DNA of 64,000 nucleotides, from positions 1,120,001 to 1,184,000 of the forward strand of contig CBDCJO010000002.1 in assembly GCA_965217865.1 (NCBI GenBank). Reading direction: 5' to 3'. The notes below the pieces were generated by a model, which saw nothing but the letters and a program-made list of their open reading frames with translations, had not been told where the DNA came from and did not search any database. This document shows, one piece after another, positions 9,394 to 20,053 of the stretch. A program made the position numbers and the translations under genes. This stretch comes from Candidatus Latescibacterota bacterium. Its GTDB lineage: Bacteria; Latescibacterota; UBA2968; SICM01. Each line of letters opens with the position of its first letter. The first letter of the stretch is position 1.

Positions 9394-11108
9394 TCAGCCG
9401 TTCGTCAAAGGCCAGTAGCGACGGTCCAGCGTAAAGTCGCACACCTTGTGGATAGGCACCTGCCGGAAATAACTTTTACCCTTTCCGCGCGCCTGCCAGG
9501 TTTCCAGTTCCTCTCGGTGTCCCAGGTCACGACAGACGGCCCACTCCCCGCTCCTTTGTGTTCTCGCATCCGTATCCCAGAAACATAATCCATCCGCCCC
9601 GGATCGATAGTGTGGGATGGCGTCGGGCAAGAATCTTTCCGCCGGCTGCCGTTTCGGTAAGGGGTCCGGGCAAATACGGCACGATGTGCCCCTTGCGAGC
9701 TCAGCAAACGCCGCGGTTTCGATCTTCCCGTCCGAGGGCCGTTCGGTTGAATGACAGGGTGCAGGAATCAGCAGGTCCACCAGTCCCTTCTCGACCCAAG
9801 TCTTCACGTCCAGTCCGAAATAGTGACAGTTCTTCAGATTGTTCATCACGTGATAAGCGGTTCCCAGTTTCCGTCCTCTCAAACGTCCCACCTCGTCTGC
9901 CATCTCCCGAATCGCTCGTATATATTCCGTAACATACGACCCCTTGTGGGCAAGCCAGTCCGGGTCATCCTCCGGAAGTTTCCGGGGATCCCGGCCGTGT
10001 GTTTGAATGAATTCCCCAACTGCGATCTCTTCGTAGAGAACAAACGGCCAGCTCCTGCAAGAACAGCACGTGTACGCCGTCCGTTCCCAACTCCGCCATC
10101 TCCTTCAAGACGGCGATATATCGCTCGCGAACCTCAGGATAGGCCAGGCTCAGATGCGGCGTCACGTTCCCATCCCGGTCAACGCAGCGGTACTCCGGAT
10201 GCCGTGCATAAAACGATTCGGGAGGCATATCGTGGGCGGGTGGAAGATAAGCCCCGGCCATTCGCATGCTCCCGTAGATTTCCAATCCAAGATCGTGGGC
10301 TGCCTCGATAGCAGCCTTCAGAGGATTCACACCCAGAGCCTTCAGGCCGAGCAGGTTCTTCGCCAGGTCCCGGCTGAAGTGATAACCGGACCAGCAGTTC
10401 AGATCCATCGTGGCACCTACCCTGGACTCATACATGCAGCAATCTCCGAAAACCGCCCCCCACAGCACCATCCCCACGTCCGTTTTTTGGAAAGACGCAA
10501 TGGGATCCCGAATACGCTCCTCGCTCTGGTAGAAGTCGTGCGCAACCCCAAATCCATCGAATATCGCCACAAGCCTTCTGCTGTCGTCGTCAGGCTGGGC
10601 CTGTTCCGGACCATCTTCGCACGTGATCAGACGCACGTAGGCCAGGCACGCCATCCTGCCTTCAAATGATTCCGAGATCACCAGGTCCTCTTCCCTGAGA
10701 TCAACCGACCGCCAGAAAGATTCGTTCAGCTCAAAGTGTTCCGGCTTCCGGCCCAAGTCTCCGTCCTTCGGCGGAAACATCTCTTTTGCAAGCCAGTGGA
10801 ACCCGCTTTCTCCCTCCAGCATCAGGCCGATCTTTTGCTCCCCGAGGATAGAGGCATAGCAAATTCCAAGGTAGATGTCGTGCCAACCCCTGACGCCGAG
10901 CGAGAGGCGCAGCTCCGGCGCACCCCCCCGGCCCGGCCCAGACCATTGTCCCCTTCGTATTCTCGGCCTCGTAATCCACCAGGCTCCAGTAACCGTCCTT
11001 CGGCACCCGGGTTAATGATCCTCCGGGCTGACAGGCGGACAGGTCCGAGATCAGCGTTCCGCCCGGCCGGTTAACCTCACTCCTGAGCCGCTCCTTTTCC
11101 GGGTCCAT
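9394..11108 (-). pseudogene. GHL10/DUF187-like protein split by two frameshifts (real lesion or assembly error)
   Basis: Three frames join into one paralogue of 2669..4450: ...MVWAGPG / APELRLSLGVRGWHDIYLG (shift at the C7 run 10923-10929) and ...GVHVLF / CRSWPFVLYEE (one extra base near 10060; the paralogue reads GVNIIFCRCWPYVFYED). Confidence 0.85.
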
Positions 11109-11162
11109 TCCCTGCCTTTCTTGCCGATGATTCTGCGGGTACCTGAAACCCGCCAACTGCCT

Positions 11163-12248
11163 TCAGCACAGTGCCGAATCCTCCATGGTCCGGTTTCGAA
11201 ATTCCGAAATCACATGAAACGTGATGTAATTTGCGTCGTGGAAGTTATGGGCGCCGGTTCCACCATCGTCGTACGCAGTTCGAGAGACGAAGATAATGTC
11301 TTCCCCCTCGAAGAGCCAGTCCACGTACTGAAACGCATGCTCTTGCGGGTCCGGATGGTGAAGAATAACGGAATTCACCTTCCACCCCCTCAGATCGTGC
11401 GATGAGGTCAGAACCAGAGTATTCCGCTTGGCCGGCGGGTCCGTCTGCTTGTTGGCTAGCGACCAGTACCGTCGGGTCTTGGGGTCGAACCGCACGGTGA
11501 ACTTGGACCCGCCGCCTGGAAAATCGATGATGTCTTTCTCCCGGTCGTGGGAAAGGGTCTTCCCATCATCCGATATGTGCAGGAGCGCGGCCCTGTCATC
11601 GCCCTGGCCGTTGGTCCTGAGGAGATTGGCCAGTCTGTTTTCCGGTGTGACAACCACATTGCCCTCGATCCATTGAGACCCGGACCACAAGTGCTCATAG
11701 GGGGCGCTGAACCGCCAGCTCTCTGATCTGAGCAAGTCGGCGTCTTCTGGCGCCGACGCCACCTGTGCCGCCCACTGTGGCCGCTTCCCGTGTGCCAGCT
11801 CAAACGCCCGCCAGACCCGGCCCAGGTGGGTGATCACCGGGACAGGAGCGCAGTGATAACCGCCCTCCGGGGAAAGGTGACCCTTGTGTTCATCCTCCGG
11901 TGACGTCCACGAGCGGCCACCGTCCGATGAACGTCTGATGACCACGTGTCCGTATTCTCGGTCAGTGCCCAGAATGTAAAGCGCCCCCAAGTGCATAAAC
12001 AGCGTGGACCACCACTGTCCGATGAGATCGGACACCTTTTTCCAGGACACACCCTTGTCGTCTGAACGGAAAACAACCGTGCGGTTATTCTCGGTTCCCT
12101 GACCGAACAAATCGTGGGAGACCACATAGGCCCCATCCGGCAATACGGCGATGCATGGACTCCCTACATACTGCTTCGTGTCGGCGGGGGAATGGTTAAC
12201 GACCACACCCGGCACACTTGAATGATCGTATCTTAATTCCCGTTCCAA
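11163..12248 (-). CDS. BNR/Asp-box sialidase-like protein
   Basis: Asp-boxes SDDKGVSW, SSDGGRSW, SDDGKTL; also HAFQYVDW and HNFHDAN. TTG start. Confidence 0.85.
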   Translation of the reverse strand: MERELRYDHSSVPGVVVNHSPADTKQYVGSPCIAVLPDGAYVVSHDLFGQGTENNRTVVFRSDDKGVSWKKVSDLIGQWWSTLFMHLGALYILGTDREYGHVVIRRSSDGGRSWTSPEDEHKGHLSPEGGYHCAPVPVITHLGRVWRAFELAHGKRPQWAAQVASAPEDADLLRSESWRFSAPYEHLWSGSQWIEGNVVVTPENRLANLLRTNGQGDDRAALLHISDDGKTLSHDREKDIIDFPGGGSKFTVRFDPKTRRYWSLANKQTDPPAKRNTLVLTSSHDLRGWKVNSVILHHPDPQEHAFQYVDWLFEGEDIIFVSRTAYDDGGTGAHNFHDANYITFHVISEFRNRTMEDSALC

Positions 12249-12356
12249 AGCCCGATCCCTGTTGACAACAGCTTCGTTCCTATGTCGCTATTGTGGAAGC
12301 TCCTTATTCTCGTCGAAACCAACAGGGGAGGCCATCGCATTTGTAGCCAGAGAGTC

Positions 12357-13805
12357 TTAAAGCCGATCGATCATCCTGTGGCTCCAGTAACCCTGATGAT
12401 CGAGCCTGAGACCGTAGATCTCCGCCTCAGTGGCTTGAATCTCTACGCGCACCGGCCTTCCCACGAGCTCCGCGAGATTCTCCCGATCTCGCCATCGCAC
12501 GGAAGCATACAGGTGATCACCACTGACGGGAATCGATTCCTCAAACGAGAAACCGGGAATCGGATCCTCCTCCACCCGGGTCGAAAACGCCGGCTCATGG
12601 CCTTGTTCCACGTGACCGCCATCGATGATCTGAACCCGAACACTGGTGTGCGGGGCTGTGCGTATGTTAATCGTAAACTGCGGTTCCCGGGGGATAATGG
12701 CCTTTGTCCTGAGCCGGCCTTCCCTTGCTGAACTGGCCAGATAGCTGAACCCGTCGAGCCGCAGCTCGTAGATCAGGGTGCCGAACCACCCGTCGGTGTC
12801 CAGACCCTCCTCTTCCATGTACGCGTGGCTTGCGTGGTCCCCACGGCTGCCGTCCACGTATAAAAGGATCTTGTCCTCAGAGGTCCTGACCATGGCATTT
12901 AGATAAGCACAACCTCCACCAATTTCCCCCAGAGAGCGGAGCGGAACGAGCGGGCGTCGCTCGGTGCGATACCAGTTCGTGCTGTTGTAGGAGTAGGCCA
13001 GATGAGGCTCCACCTTACCCTCGGTCTTGATCCTGCGTCTCTCATACGGAGACGGGTAGTACATCTGGGGAAAGCCGGTATACATATCCTCGTATGGGAA
13101 GGAGGGCATGCCGTAGACTTCCGTGAGCACGGGATCTCCGGCGTCGGCCTGAAGCACTGTGACAGGCGAAGAGAATTCAGCGAAATCAGAGGTGGTCACA
13201 AGGCAGACCCTCCGGTCGGCGCAGCCGGGCCTCCCGAACAGGTGAAAGCACTCCCGCTGATCTTCATAAAGCACACCGGTCCACGTGTCGCAGATATCGT
13301 CCATCCAGGTGTGCTCAGGGTCGGCCTCGAAGGTCAGACCATCCTCCGAAAAGCCGAAGTACATCCTGCGATCACCCTCCGCACGATTGCTGAATATCCC
13401 CACAAACCCTCGGTCGGCCATCGGGGTGTTCTCCAGGGTTGTGACGTAGCGACACTGGAAGCTTTTCAATTCACGCTCCGTGACGAAATCCGGAGAACAT
13501 CCCTCCACTTTCAGCTCCTGATCCCTGATCTGCAACGATGGCCAGGATTTCGGATCCTCGGAGGTCAGCCGTAAAAGCCGGCTTCCCGTCTCCACATCCG
13601 ACAGCACGACAGAGGGCATAACAGACACATACATCGCGTAGGCATTCAGTCTCGAACTGTGGAACACGCTCCCGACTTGATAGCCCAGCAACCCACGACC
13701 CGGATCCGGGAAAGGTTCGCCGACAAGGGCGGGCTTTCCTATCACCCTTTCCAGCCCGATCCGCTGCTCCAGCATCCAGTCGTCGAAAAAAAGAATCGCC
13801 TTCAT
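12357..13805 (-). CDS. Beta-propeller glycoside-hydrolase-like protein
   Basis: LFFDDW start, FSEDGLTF, EVYGM, YELRLDGF; paralogue of 2..1168. Confidence 0.75.
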   Translation of the reverse strand: MKAILFFDDWMLEQRIGLERVIGKPALVGEPFPDPGRGLLGYQVGSVFHSSRLNAYAMYVSVMPSVVLSDVETGSRLLRLTSEDPKSWPSLQIRDQELKVEGCSPDFVTERELKSFQCRYVTTLENTPMADRGFVGIFSNRAEGDRRMYFGFSEDGLTFEADPEHTWMDDICDTWTGVLYEDQRECFHLFGRPGCADRRVCLVTTSDFAEFSSPVTVLQADAGDPVLTEVYGMPSFPYEDMYTGFPQMYYPSPYERRRIKTEGKVEPHLAYSYNSTNWYRTERRPLVPLRSLGEIGGGCAYLNAMVRTSEDKILLYVDGSRGDHASHAYMEEEGLDTDGWFGTLIYELRLDGFSYLASSAREGRLRTKAIIPREPQFTINIRTAPHTSVRVQIIDGGHVEQGHEPAFSTRVEEDPIPGFSFEESIPVSGDHLYASVRWRDRENLAELVGRPVRVEIQATEAEIYGLRLDHQGYWSHRMIDRL

Positions 13806-13913
13806 TCTTCCTCCACGTGTCCTTCATTCGGGATAATCGGCCAAAAGGATCGCCGTGGTTTCCCCTGCCTCTTAAAGGACATTGTCCTCTCCCCATTCCC
13901 CGGAGTCCTTCTC

Positions 13914-15080
13914 TTAAGGGGAAACGGGTCCTTTTTTGCCCGTGAGGAATCGAGAGGGGTCCGGACTCCTCCCGATCCCGCTCTCCAGCCACGCCTCGTC
14001 GAAAACGCTCGCGAAAATCCCGCGCGACCCGGGCCATTCCGACACCGCCTCCGGCTCATACCCGTAGTACGCGCACACGATCGATCCGTCCTCGAGCTGC
14101 ATGCCCACAGGGTACCCGAGATCGATCTTTCTGCCGACCTCGCCCTCGTGGTTGAACCTGTGAAGCGTGCTCATCGTGCTCATATCCCACGTCCGGCATT
14201 CGTCGCGGCTCAGGATCGCACGCACGCTCATGGGCGGCCGCCTGTGTCCGTATAGCATTACGACATTTCCGCTCCCCAATCTCACCAAATAAGGGGGATG
14301 TCCCCAGATCCCGGTTCGCACGGGCCTCGACCAGGTCATCCCCTGGTCTAATGACTCTGCTTGATAGAGGAAATAGCCTCGTCCGTCCCGCTGCATTCCG
14401 TTTCCGTCTGCGTCAACAGGCCATTTCTCGAGCGGAACATCGTACCAGTCCGCCCGCATCATGACCACGAGCCTTCCGTCATCGAAGCCCACCAGGGAAC
14501 ACTCGCTGAAGTCGCAGAGGTCTATGTGTTCGATCTGCGAGACATACCCCCAGCTCAGCCCGTCCGGGGTCCCTCTCAGAAAGGCGGTGGTATCCGGTTT
14601 TGGATCCAAGACTTCACCGCCGGTCAAGAGCCACCCTTCCGAGGTTCGAAGCACCGGACCGGGAGTCATCCTCATCACCGGCGCATAACAAGAGGGACCC
14701 AGGTCGATAGTTGATACGACGTTGTACCCGCTGATTCCGCGGCTGCGCGTGACCCTGATCCCTTCGTGGACCTGGAGCTGGGGATGGGTCCTGCAGCCTA
14801 CGCTCAGAAGCTCGCCGTTCGGCATGACCATCGGGTGAGAGGCCTCGAGAATCGGACCTGTCTCCGGAGGGTTGATCGAGGTCCGCCAAGTGAGGCCGCC
14901 GTCCTTCGAAACGGCGTAATGCGGTATCCGATGCGGTCCCCAGTGGGGATGAATCTCGCTTTCCTTCAGAAGAGTACGGGGTTGGACCCCGAATTTCAGA
15001 ATAAGCTCGTCCCGGGACCGGTACATCGCCGGGAATCCCGCGTACGTCTCCGGATTCGAGTAAACCTGGACATCCGTCAT
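13914..15080 (-). CDS. BNR/Asp-box sialidase-like protein
   Basis: SKDGGLTW, SLDQGMTWS, SRDECRTW, GHPPYL, YGHRRPP, DLGYP. Confidence 0.85.
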   Translation of the reverse strand: MTDVQVYSNPETYAGFPAMYRSRDELILKFGVQPRTLLKESEIHPHWGPHRIPHYAVSKDGGLTWRTSINPPETGPILEASHPMVMPNGELLSVGCRTHPQLQVHEGIRVTRSRGISGYNVVSTIDLGPSCYAPVMRMTPGPVLRTSEGWLLTGGEVLDPKPDTTAFLRGTPDGLSWGYVSQIEHIDLCDFSECSLVGFDDGRLVVMMRADWYDVPLEKWPVDADGNGMQRDGRGYFLYQAESLDQGMTWSRPVRTGIWGHPPYLVRLGSGNVVMLYGHRRPPMSVRAILSRDECRTWDMSTMSTLHRFNHEGEVGRKIDLGYPVGMQLEDGSIVCAYYGYEPEAVSEWPGSRGIFASVFDEAWLESGIGRSPDPSRFLTGKKGPVSP

Positions 15081-15164
15081 TCTATGGCTTCTCTGCCTAG
15101 TTTAAAGAGTTTTGTCGTTTCACTAATGGGGTGTTCCGAACCCACTTTTTGAAACGCCGTCGTG

Positions 15165-15364
15165 CTCCCTCACCCCGCCTCGCAAGCTCGGCACCCCTCT
15201 CCCGGGTGCCGGGAGAGGGGAAGAGCGAAAATGATCTAATTGTTTAATGAACGGAAAGACGAAATCCTTAACATATACAGAATGAATGTCATCGTCCCCT
15301 TCTCCTGCGGAGCCTGTCCTGAGCTTGTCGAAGGACGGGAGAAGGGGATACAGGGGATGAGGGC
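15165..15364. repeat. Inverted pair of REP-like hairpin elements, one carrying a nested GTCCTGAGC..GTCGAAGG element
   Basis: CCCTCACCCC...CCCCTCTCCCGG/CCGGGAGAGGGG at 15165-15221 and CCCCTTCTCC...GGAGAAGGGG...GGGGATGAGGG at 15296-15364. 15165-15200 is a 36-nt exact reverse complement of 57876-57911. Confidence 0.85.
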
Positions 15365-15462
15365 GTTAAAACTGACATCCTTCGCATGAAAGCAGTACCA
15401 AATTCAAGGTTAATTCTGTAACACGCTACTGCCTTGCCCCCACTCCCATTGACCTCGCCAGC

Positions 15463-17334
15463 TCACGTTCTTCCCGTCAGCATAATCACGATCGATCCAA
15501 CGCTTCTCACGACGGCTTCACCCATAATCAATCCGATAAAAAACGGTTTTGTCCGGCCATATAGCGAGGGTCCGCCGTACTTCAAGACATTTCGCTTGAT
15601 CAGCCACGCAATAAAGATGTTGAGCCACCAGGCCTGGGAAAAGGAAGTGGCCACAAAGCCGATCGGATGGATCGGCCACCAGAAAAACCTTCGGCGGGCA
15701 AAGATGAGCCCCCCCACGACAAGGGCGCCGATGCCGGCCCATACGGTCTGGAAGGGGTCTCCTTCGGATGGACCCATAATGGACCCGCCGAAATATTTGA
15801 GATGGAAATGCAGTTTGTGTATCGTAAAATGCGTGGCCGCAAACCCGTTGCCGCCGAGGGAATATGCAAAATACAGAAACGTTACGGCCGCAACAATCCC
15901 GCCTGTAAACAGCGCCAGGGTGGAAGGATATAGCAAAGATCGGCCCGACACCTCGGGAGGGTGACGAAATCTCATCATCGTTGACGCACTTGCCATGATA
16001 TTCGGTTTATTGGGGTGCGACCATGGCTGAGAAAGAAAAAAGCCGGCCATGGTGGGGCCCCCCAGGGTTTTCGTTCCCGCCCAGTTGATCAACATTTGAA
16101 CCTGACTCAGGGGCGCCCTGATGACCAGGCCTGCTTCGGCCAGGACGCGGGTCACGCCCAGGAATGTCGTGATCATGATCGCCAAAAATAGCGGAACGGT
16201 CCATACGGAGAGACCCGTTAACCATAACCAGCAACCCGTGAACACCGTTCCCACGATGCTCCCGAAAACCGCGGTCCGATACGAAAGGAATTCATCCGAA
16301 TCGTCGATCTCGTCCCCGGATCCGAATGCCTTTCGAAGGACATCCCGTATATGATGCCGCGCTTCGTACAATCCCAACCCCACAAGCGCTAACAAACCGC
16401 CCATCGCTTCTTGGTTCAGGCGTCCGAATGCTCCCCACGCGGGCGGGTTGTACACGATCGAGGTGCCGGAGGATATGATGAAATACATCTGGAAGTAAGT
16501 CAGGAAGGTAAAGAGCAGGATACTCCCGAGTACCTCAAGGGAGACCAGATAGCTGATCCCGAGGACAATGAAATGGGTGTAGAAAGGAAGGCCTATGGAG
16601 TTTCTGTAAAAACGGGTGTAGAAAGAGAGGTTAAGAGGTCTGATGATAGGGAAAAACCGGGAAAGGATATGGGACAATCCTACACTGCTGCTGACAGAAA
16701 ATCCGGTCCAGAAGAATAAATCCCGCTTAAACGGACGCTCATCTTTCTCGTTTCCCACCAGAGCCAGCGTGATCTCGGCAAGAGGAAAAGACAATCGCTC
16801 TTCCTCGACCCATCGCTTTCGTAGAATTACCATCACCGAGATCATCGTAACGGAAAATCCGGCCAGCAGCATCCCCCATGACCCGAGAGGCCATGCCCAC
16901 GCCTCGAATGGGATTTTCCCCCCAGGTCCCACCCCCTCGAAAAAACCCTTTGCGACAATTGGGTTTTTGATCACCAGGCCGTCGGGCAGCAGGGGAATTA
17001 CAGCGTCATTCCACCTGTTCTCAGGAGTGGCGAACTGCACGAAACCTGCCATATGCGGCAGAAGATGGTACACAAGCCCCCGTCCCGAAACCGCCGAAAC
17101 CATCAAAAGCATGGAAAAGATGATCAGAAGTTCATCCCTGCGAAAATCCGAACGCAAGATCCGAAGTCGCCTGAGAAACGGCCCGGCGCACACGAGCAGA
17201 AATATGAAAAACAGGGCCCCTGCGCCGTACCCATCCTCGGTGAGGGAAGACCGTCCCACCAGCGCCAGGTCACACGAATCCAGGAAGGCCAGCAAGGCGC
17301 TCAGGGCAAGCCCGATCAGAACGGAACGACGCAT
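15463..17334 (-). CDS. DUF6785/DUF6784 polytopic membrane protein (putative transporter)
   Basis: 623 aa hydrophobic ORF with FATPENRW, ILRKRWVEEERLSFPL, WWPIHPIGF and YGRTKPFFIGLIMGE. Confidence 0.8.
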   Translation of the reverse strand: MRRSVLIGLALSALLAFLDSCDLALVGRSSLTEDGYGAGALFFIFLLVCAGPFLRRLRILRSDFRRDELLIIFSMLLMVSAVSGRGLVYHLLPHMAGFVQFATPENRWNDAVIPLLPDGLVIKNPIVAKGFFEGVGPGGKIPFEAWAWPLGSWGMLLAGFSVTMISVMVILRKRWVEEERLSFPLAEITLALVGNEKDERPFKRDLFFWTGFSVSSSVGLSHILSRFFPIIRPLNLSFYTRFYRNSIGLPFYTHFIVLGISYLVSLEVLGSILLFTFLTYFQMYFIISSGTSIVYNPPAWGAFGRLNQEAMGGLLALVGLGLYEARHHIRDVLRKAFGSGDEIDDSDEFLSYRTAVFGSIVGTVFTGCWLWLTGLSVWTVPLFLAIMITTFLGVTRVLAEAGLVIRAPLSQVQMLINWAGTKTLGGPTMAGFFLSQPWSHPNKPNIMASASTMMRFRHPPEVSGRSLLYPSTLALFTGGIVAAVTFLYFAYSLGGNGFAATHFTIHKLHFHLKYFGGSIMGPSEGDPFQTVWAGIGALVVGGLIFARRRFFWWPIHPIGFVATSFSQAWWLNIFIAWLIKRNVLKYGGPSLYGRTKPFFIGLIMGEAVVRSVGSIVIMLTGRT

Positions 17335-17412
17335 CGAAATCTCCTATCACAAAGCGGTCGCCGACTCATGTTCCGCAACACAATAACTGCCTGTCAAGGA
17401 TTTACGTTTGAG

Positions 17413-20037
17413 TCATCCTTCATCCGTTTCCATGAGCAGTCCCATCATCGCAGGCAAACATCTCAGGTTCGTTGATGACACGAGGGGTCTGACCCCGTTC
17501 CCGAAACGTTCCGGGGTGGCCGTGATCTGATTTCCGTTATCGTCCTGCGCGGATGCCGGAATCGGTTGACCCTCCATCCGGCCTCCCCACTCCGGACCGC
17601 AATACTCTCGCGAAGTAAAGTAAGCCATCATTTTTCGACCCAATTCGAGGTACCGCGTGTCTTTCCGGTCATTGTAAACGAACACCAGAATCCGCTGGAA
17701 CTCCGGCGATGCCCATCCGTCGTGCGCTTCCGTTGGTGCGTTCGGCGTAGAGGCCAGAGTCTTTTTGTCCATTCGACCCCTTTCGTCGATTAGACTGTAT
17801 TCGCCAAACAGGCAATAGTCTACGATGAAGTCGAATTGGCGGTAGAACGCCTCCTTCCACCGTGGGTCCGGGTCCACGCTGCAAAGCCCCATGAACCCCT
17901 GCAGGGCAAGGGTGGAAAACCAGGAGGCCTGTCCCGCGTTGTGGGGTGAATCGTAATTGGGACGCTTCTCGTCCGAGAACCGCTTTCGGGCCGACGAACC
18001 CCACAAAGGGAAAAACCCTTCCGGGTGCTGCTCAGCGATCATGCTCTCAGCCATCCTGCGAGCGCGCTCGATCAGATCCACATCCTCGCTGAAATCGTTG
18101 TAATTGACCAGCTGCATCAGGAACAGGGAGACCGATCGGAGGTCCCTGTCCTCAAGCCGGATCCCCTCCGTATCCTGAGCCAGGTACCGCGTCATCCCCG
18201 TGATCCCCGCCCGGATCTCCGGATCCCCCACCAGCAGGTAATAGTCCAGAAGCCCCTCGATCCAGAAATGGTCCGTGGCCCGGGCATCACCCCCCCGAAA
18301 ACAGTGACCGTAGCAGTGCGTGTACATCCCGAAGTACGGATAGTGCCGGATGTCGATATCCCACATGTGCCGCGCCATGCACCCCGCCGTCTTATAAGCC
18401 TCCACATCCCCCGTGGCCAGGAAGTAGGCGTGAAGTCCGTGGCACGGATCCTCCTCGTTGTTATTCCAGTAGCCCATCCTCGAGTGTTCCCGCCGGGCGG
18501 TATGCTTCGTGTCGGTATCCTTGGAGAACGAATGCGAAAACCACATGTAGACAAGATCCCCGGCATCGAATTTCCCATATACGCCGAAGGCCTCCTCGTG
18601 TCTGATCACCCATCGGGCCGAAACATCCAGCACGTGCGCAAACTCCGGCCGCTTCTCACGGTCCAGCTGGTGCACGGAAGTGTAAAACGATGAGCGGCGC
18701 AAATCCTCACACGTGGCACGCGCCTGGTTGATCTCCAGCTTTTCTCCAACCACTCGGCGACCCCATTCCACACTGTCCATCTCCGGGTCCACATCCGCCC
18801 AGATCACCTGCGTCTTCTGCATCCCCTGAACCGTCTCCAAGCATCCGCTCTCCGGCTCGAAAAAAGCCCAGTATGGGTGGCACCTCAGGTTGTCGTACTT
18901 CGTGTGCTGGTGGCGAAGACTCGGATCCCGGGCCGTATCGGGATGAATCGGCAAAAGACGCTTTGTCGCGATCCGGCCCGCCGCGTCCTCGGGCCACAAA
19001 CCGAAACTCGCCTCGTTCTCGGTCACCCGAACCTCGTTCGGATAATCCCGTTGAAAATCGCGGACCGCAACGCTGATCATGCCCTCGTCGAACCGCGCCT
19101 GCATCCATCCGGGGGCCGAACGCCCGTGCCCGGACCCCCAGGCCAGTCCCACCGTCTCCCCGCTCGGGTCCAGACGGTCCGCGTAGTAGACCCCTTCGTC
19201 CTCCTGCAGAACCCGGTACTGGCTCCCGGGTAAAAACGCGTCCGTTGTCGCTCCCAGCTCCATCCCCGTTGTCACACGCTCGCAGCGGTGCGCAAACGGA
19301 AGGGCGAACCGGAGATCCCGTACCAGATGGTAGATCTGCCGGTCCGCGTGCCGCCAGGTCACCTCGAACCGCACCAACGAAGAACCTCGATACGCCTCGA
19401 TCCCGATCACGTAGTCCAGGCCCGGGTTGTAGATGTCGGACGTTGAGATCCCTCGGATCTGGACCCACGCCCGCACCGGACCCCGCTCCACGATGGAGAC
19501 CTCCCGGGTCCTGCTTCGAAGCGGCTCATTCAGCAACTGGTCCAAGTTCAAGATCCGCTCGCTCAAAAACACCCGTCCGTCCGATTCGGTCACCCGCAGC
19601 CCCATGTCCGGCGTCCCGCGAAGGATTGGGTGCAGTCCGCCCTTCGCGTCCTTATAGGATAGGTTCTCGATAAACGGTCGATACGAAATCGCGTTCGGAA
19701 GCGATCGGATAATCGGGATCTCCAACACCACCTTCCCCGTGTCGATCCGATAGAGGTCCCCCTCCTCACGCAGCAGGGGATCCCCCTCCCTCCCGCCTTC
19801 TTCCAGCGTAAAGGGCCCCGCATCCTCCCCGGGCTCGAACACGAACAACCCCCACTTTGACGAACCGTCCTTCCAGTCCAGGATCGAACGCCCCTGCGAC
19901 AGAACGGAACGTCCGGTCGAATCCTTGATCGCTAGCTTCCCGAAATCCGACACCTCGCCCTGCTCAAAAGGGATGCTGACCCGCGTGGGTGTATGCGGAC
20001 TCCGCATGTCTGTCAGCAAAATCGTGCGTGCCTTCAT
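17413..20037 (-). CDS. Large exo-rhamnogalacturonan-lyase/YetA-like protein
   Basis: SIPFEQG, WKDGSSKW, VERGPVRA, GKFDAGD, GYWNNNEED, RHMWDID, HFWIEGLLDYYLL; GGAGG RBS before the ATG at 20037. Confidence 0.65.
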   Translation of the reverse strand: MKARTILLTDMRSPHTPTRVSIPFEQGEVSDFGKLAIKDSTGRSVLSQGRSILDWKDGSSKWGLFVFEPGEDAGPFTLEEGGREGDPLLREEGDLYRIDTGKVVLEIPIIRSLPNAISYRPFIENLSYKDAKGGLHPILRGTPDMGLRVTESDGRVFLSERILNLDQLLNEPLRSRTREVSIVERGPVRAWVQIRGISTSDIYNPGLDYVIGIEAYRGSSLVRFEVTWRHADRQIYHLVRDLRFALPFAHRCERVTTGMELGATTDAFLPGSQYRVLQEDEGVYYADRLDPSGETVGLAWGSGHGRSAPGWMQARFDEGMISVAVRDFQRDYPNEVRVTENEASFGLWPEDAAGRIATKRLLPIHPDTARDPSLRHQHTKYDNLRCHPYWAFFEPESGCLETVQGMQKTQVIWADVDPEMDSVEWGRRVVGEKLEINQARATCEDLRRSSFYTSVHQLDREKRPEFAHVLDVSARWVIRHEEAFGVYGKFDAGDLVYMWFSHSFSKDTDTKHTARREHSRMGYWNNNEEDPCHGLHAYFLATGDVEAYKTAGCMARHMWDIDIRHYPYFGMYTHCYGHCFRGGDARATDHFWIEGLLDYYLLVGDPEIRAGITGMTRYLAQDTEGIRLEDRDLRSVSLFLMQLVNYNDFSEDVDLIERARRMAESMIAEQHPEGFFPLWGSSARKRFSDEKRPNYDSPHNAGQASWFSTLALQGFMGLCSVDPDPRWKEAFYRQFDFIVDYCLFGEYSLIDERGRMDKKTLASTPNAPTEAHDGWASPEFQRILVFVYNDRKDTRYLELGRKMMAYFTSREYCGPEWGGRMEGQPIPASAQDDNGNQITATPERFGNGVRPLVSSTNLRCLPAMMGLLMETDEG

Positions 20038-20053
20038 AACCCCTCCTTTCATG

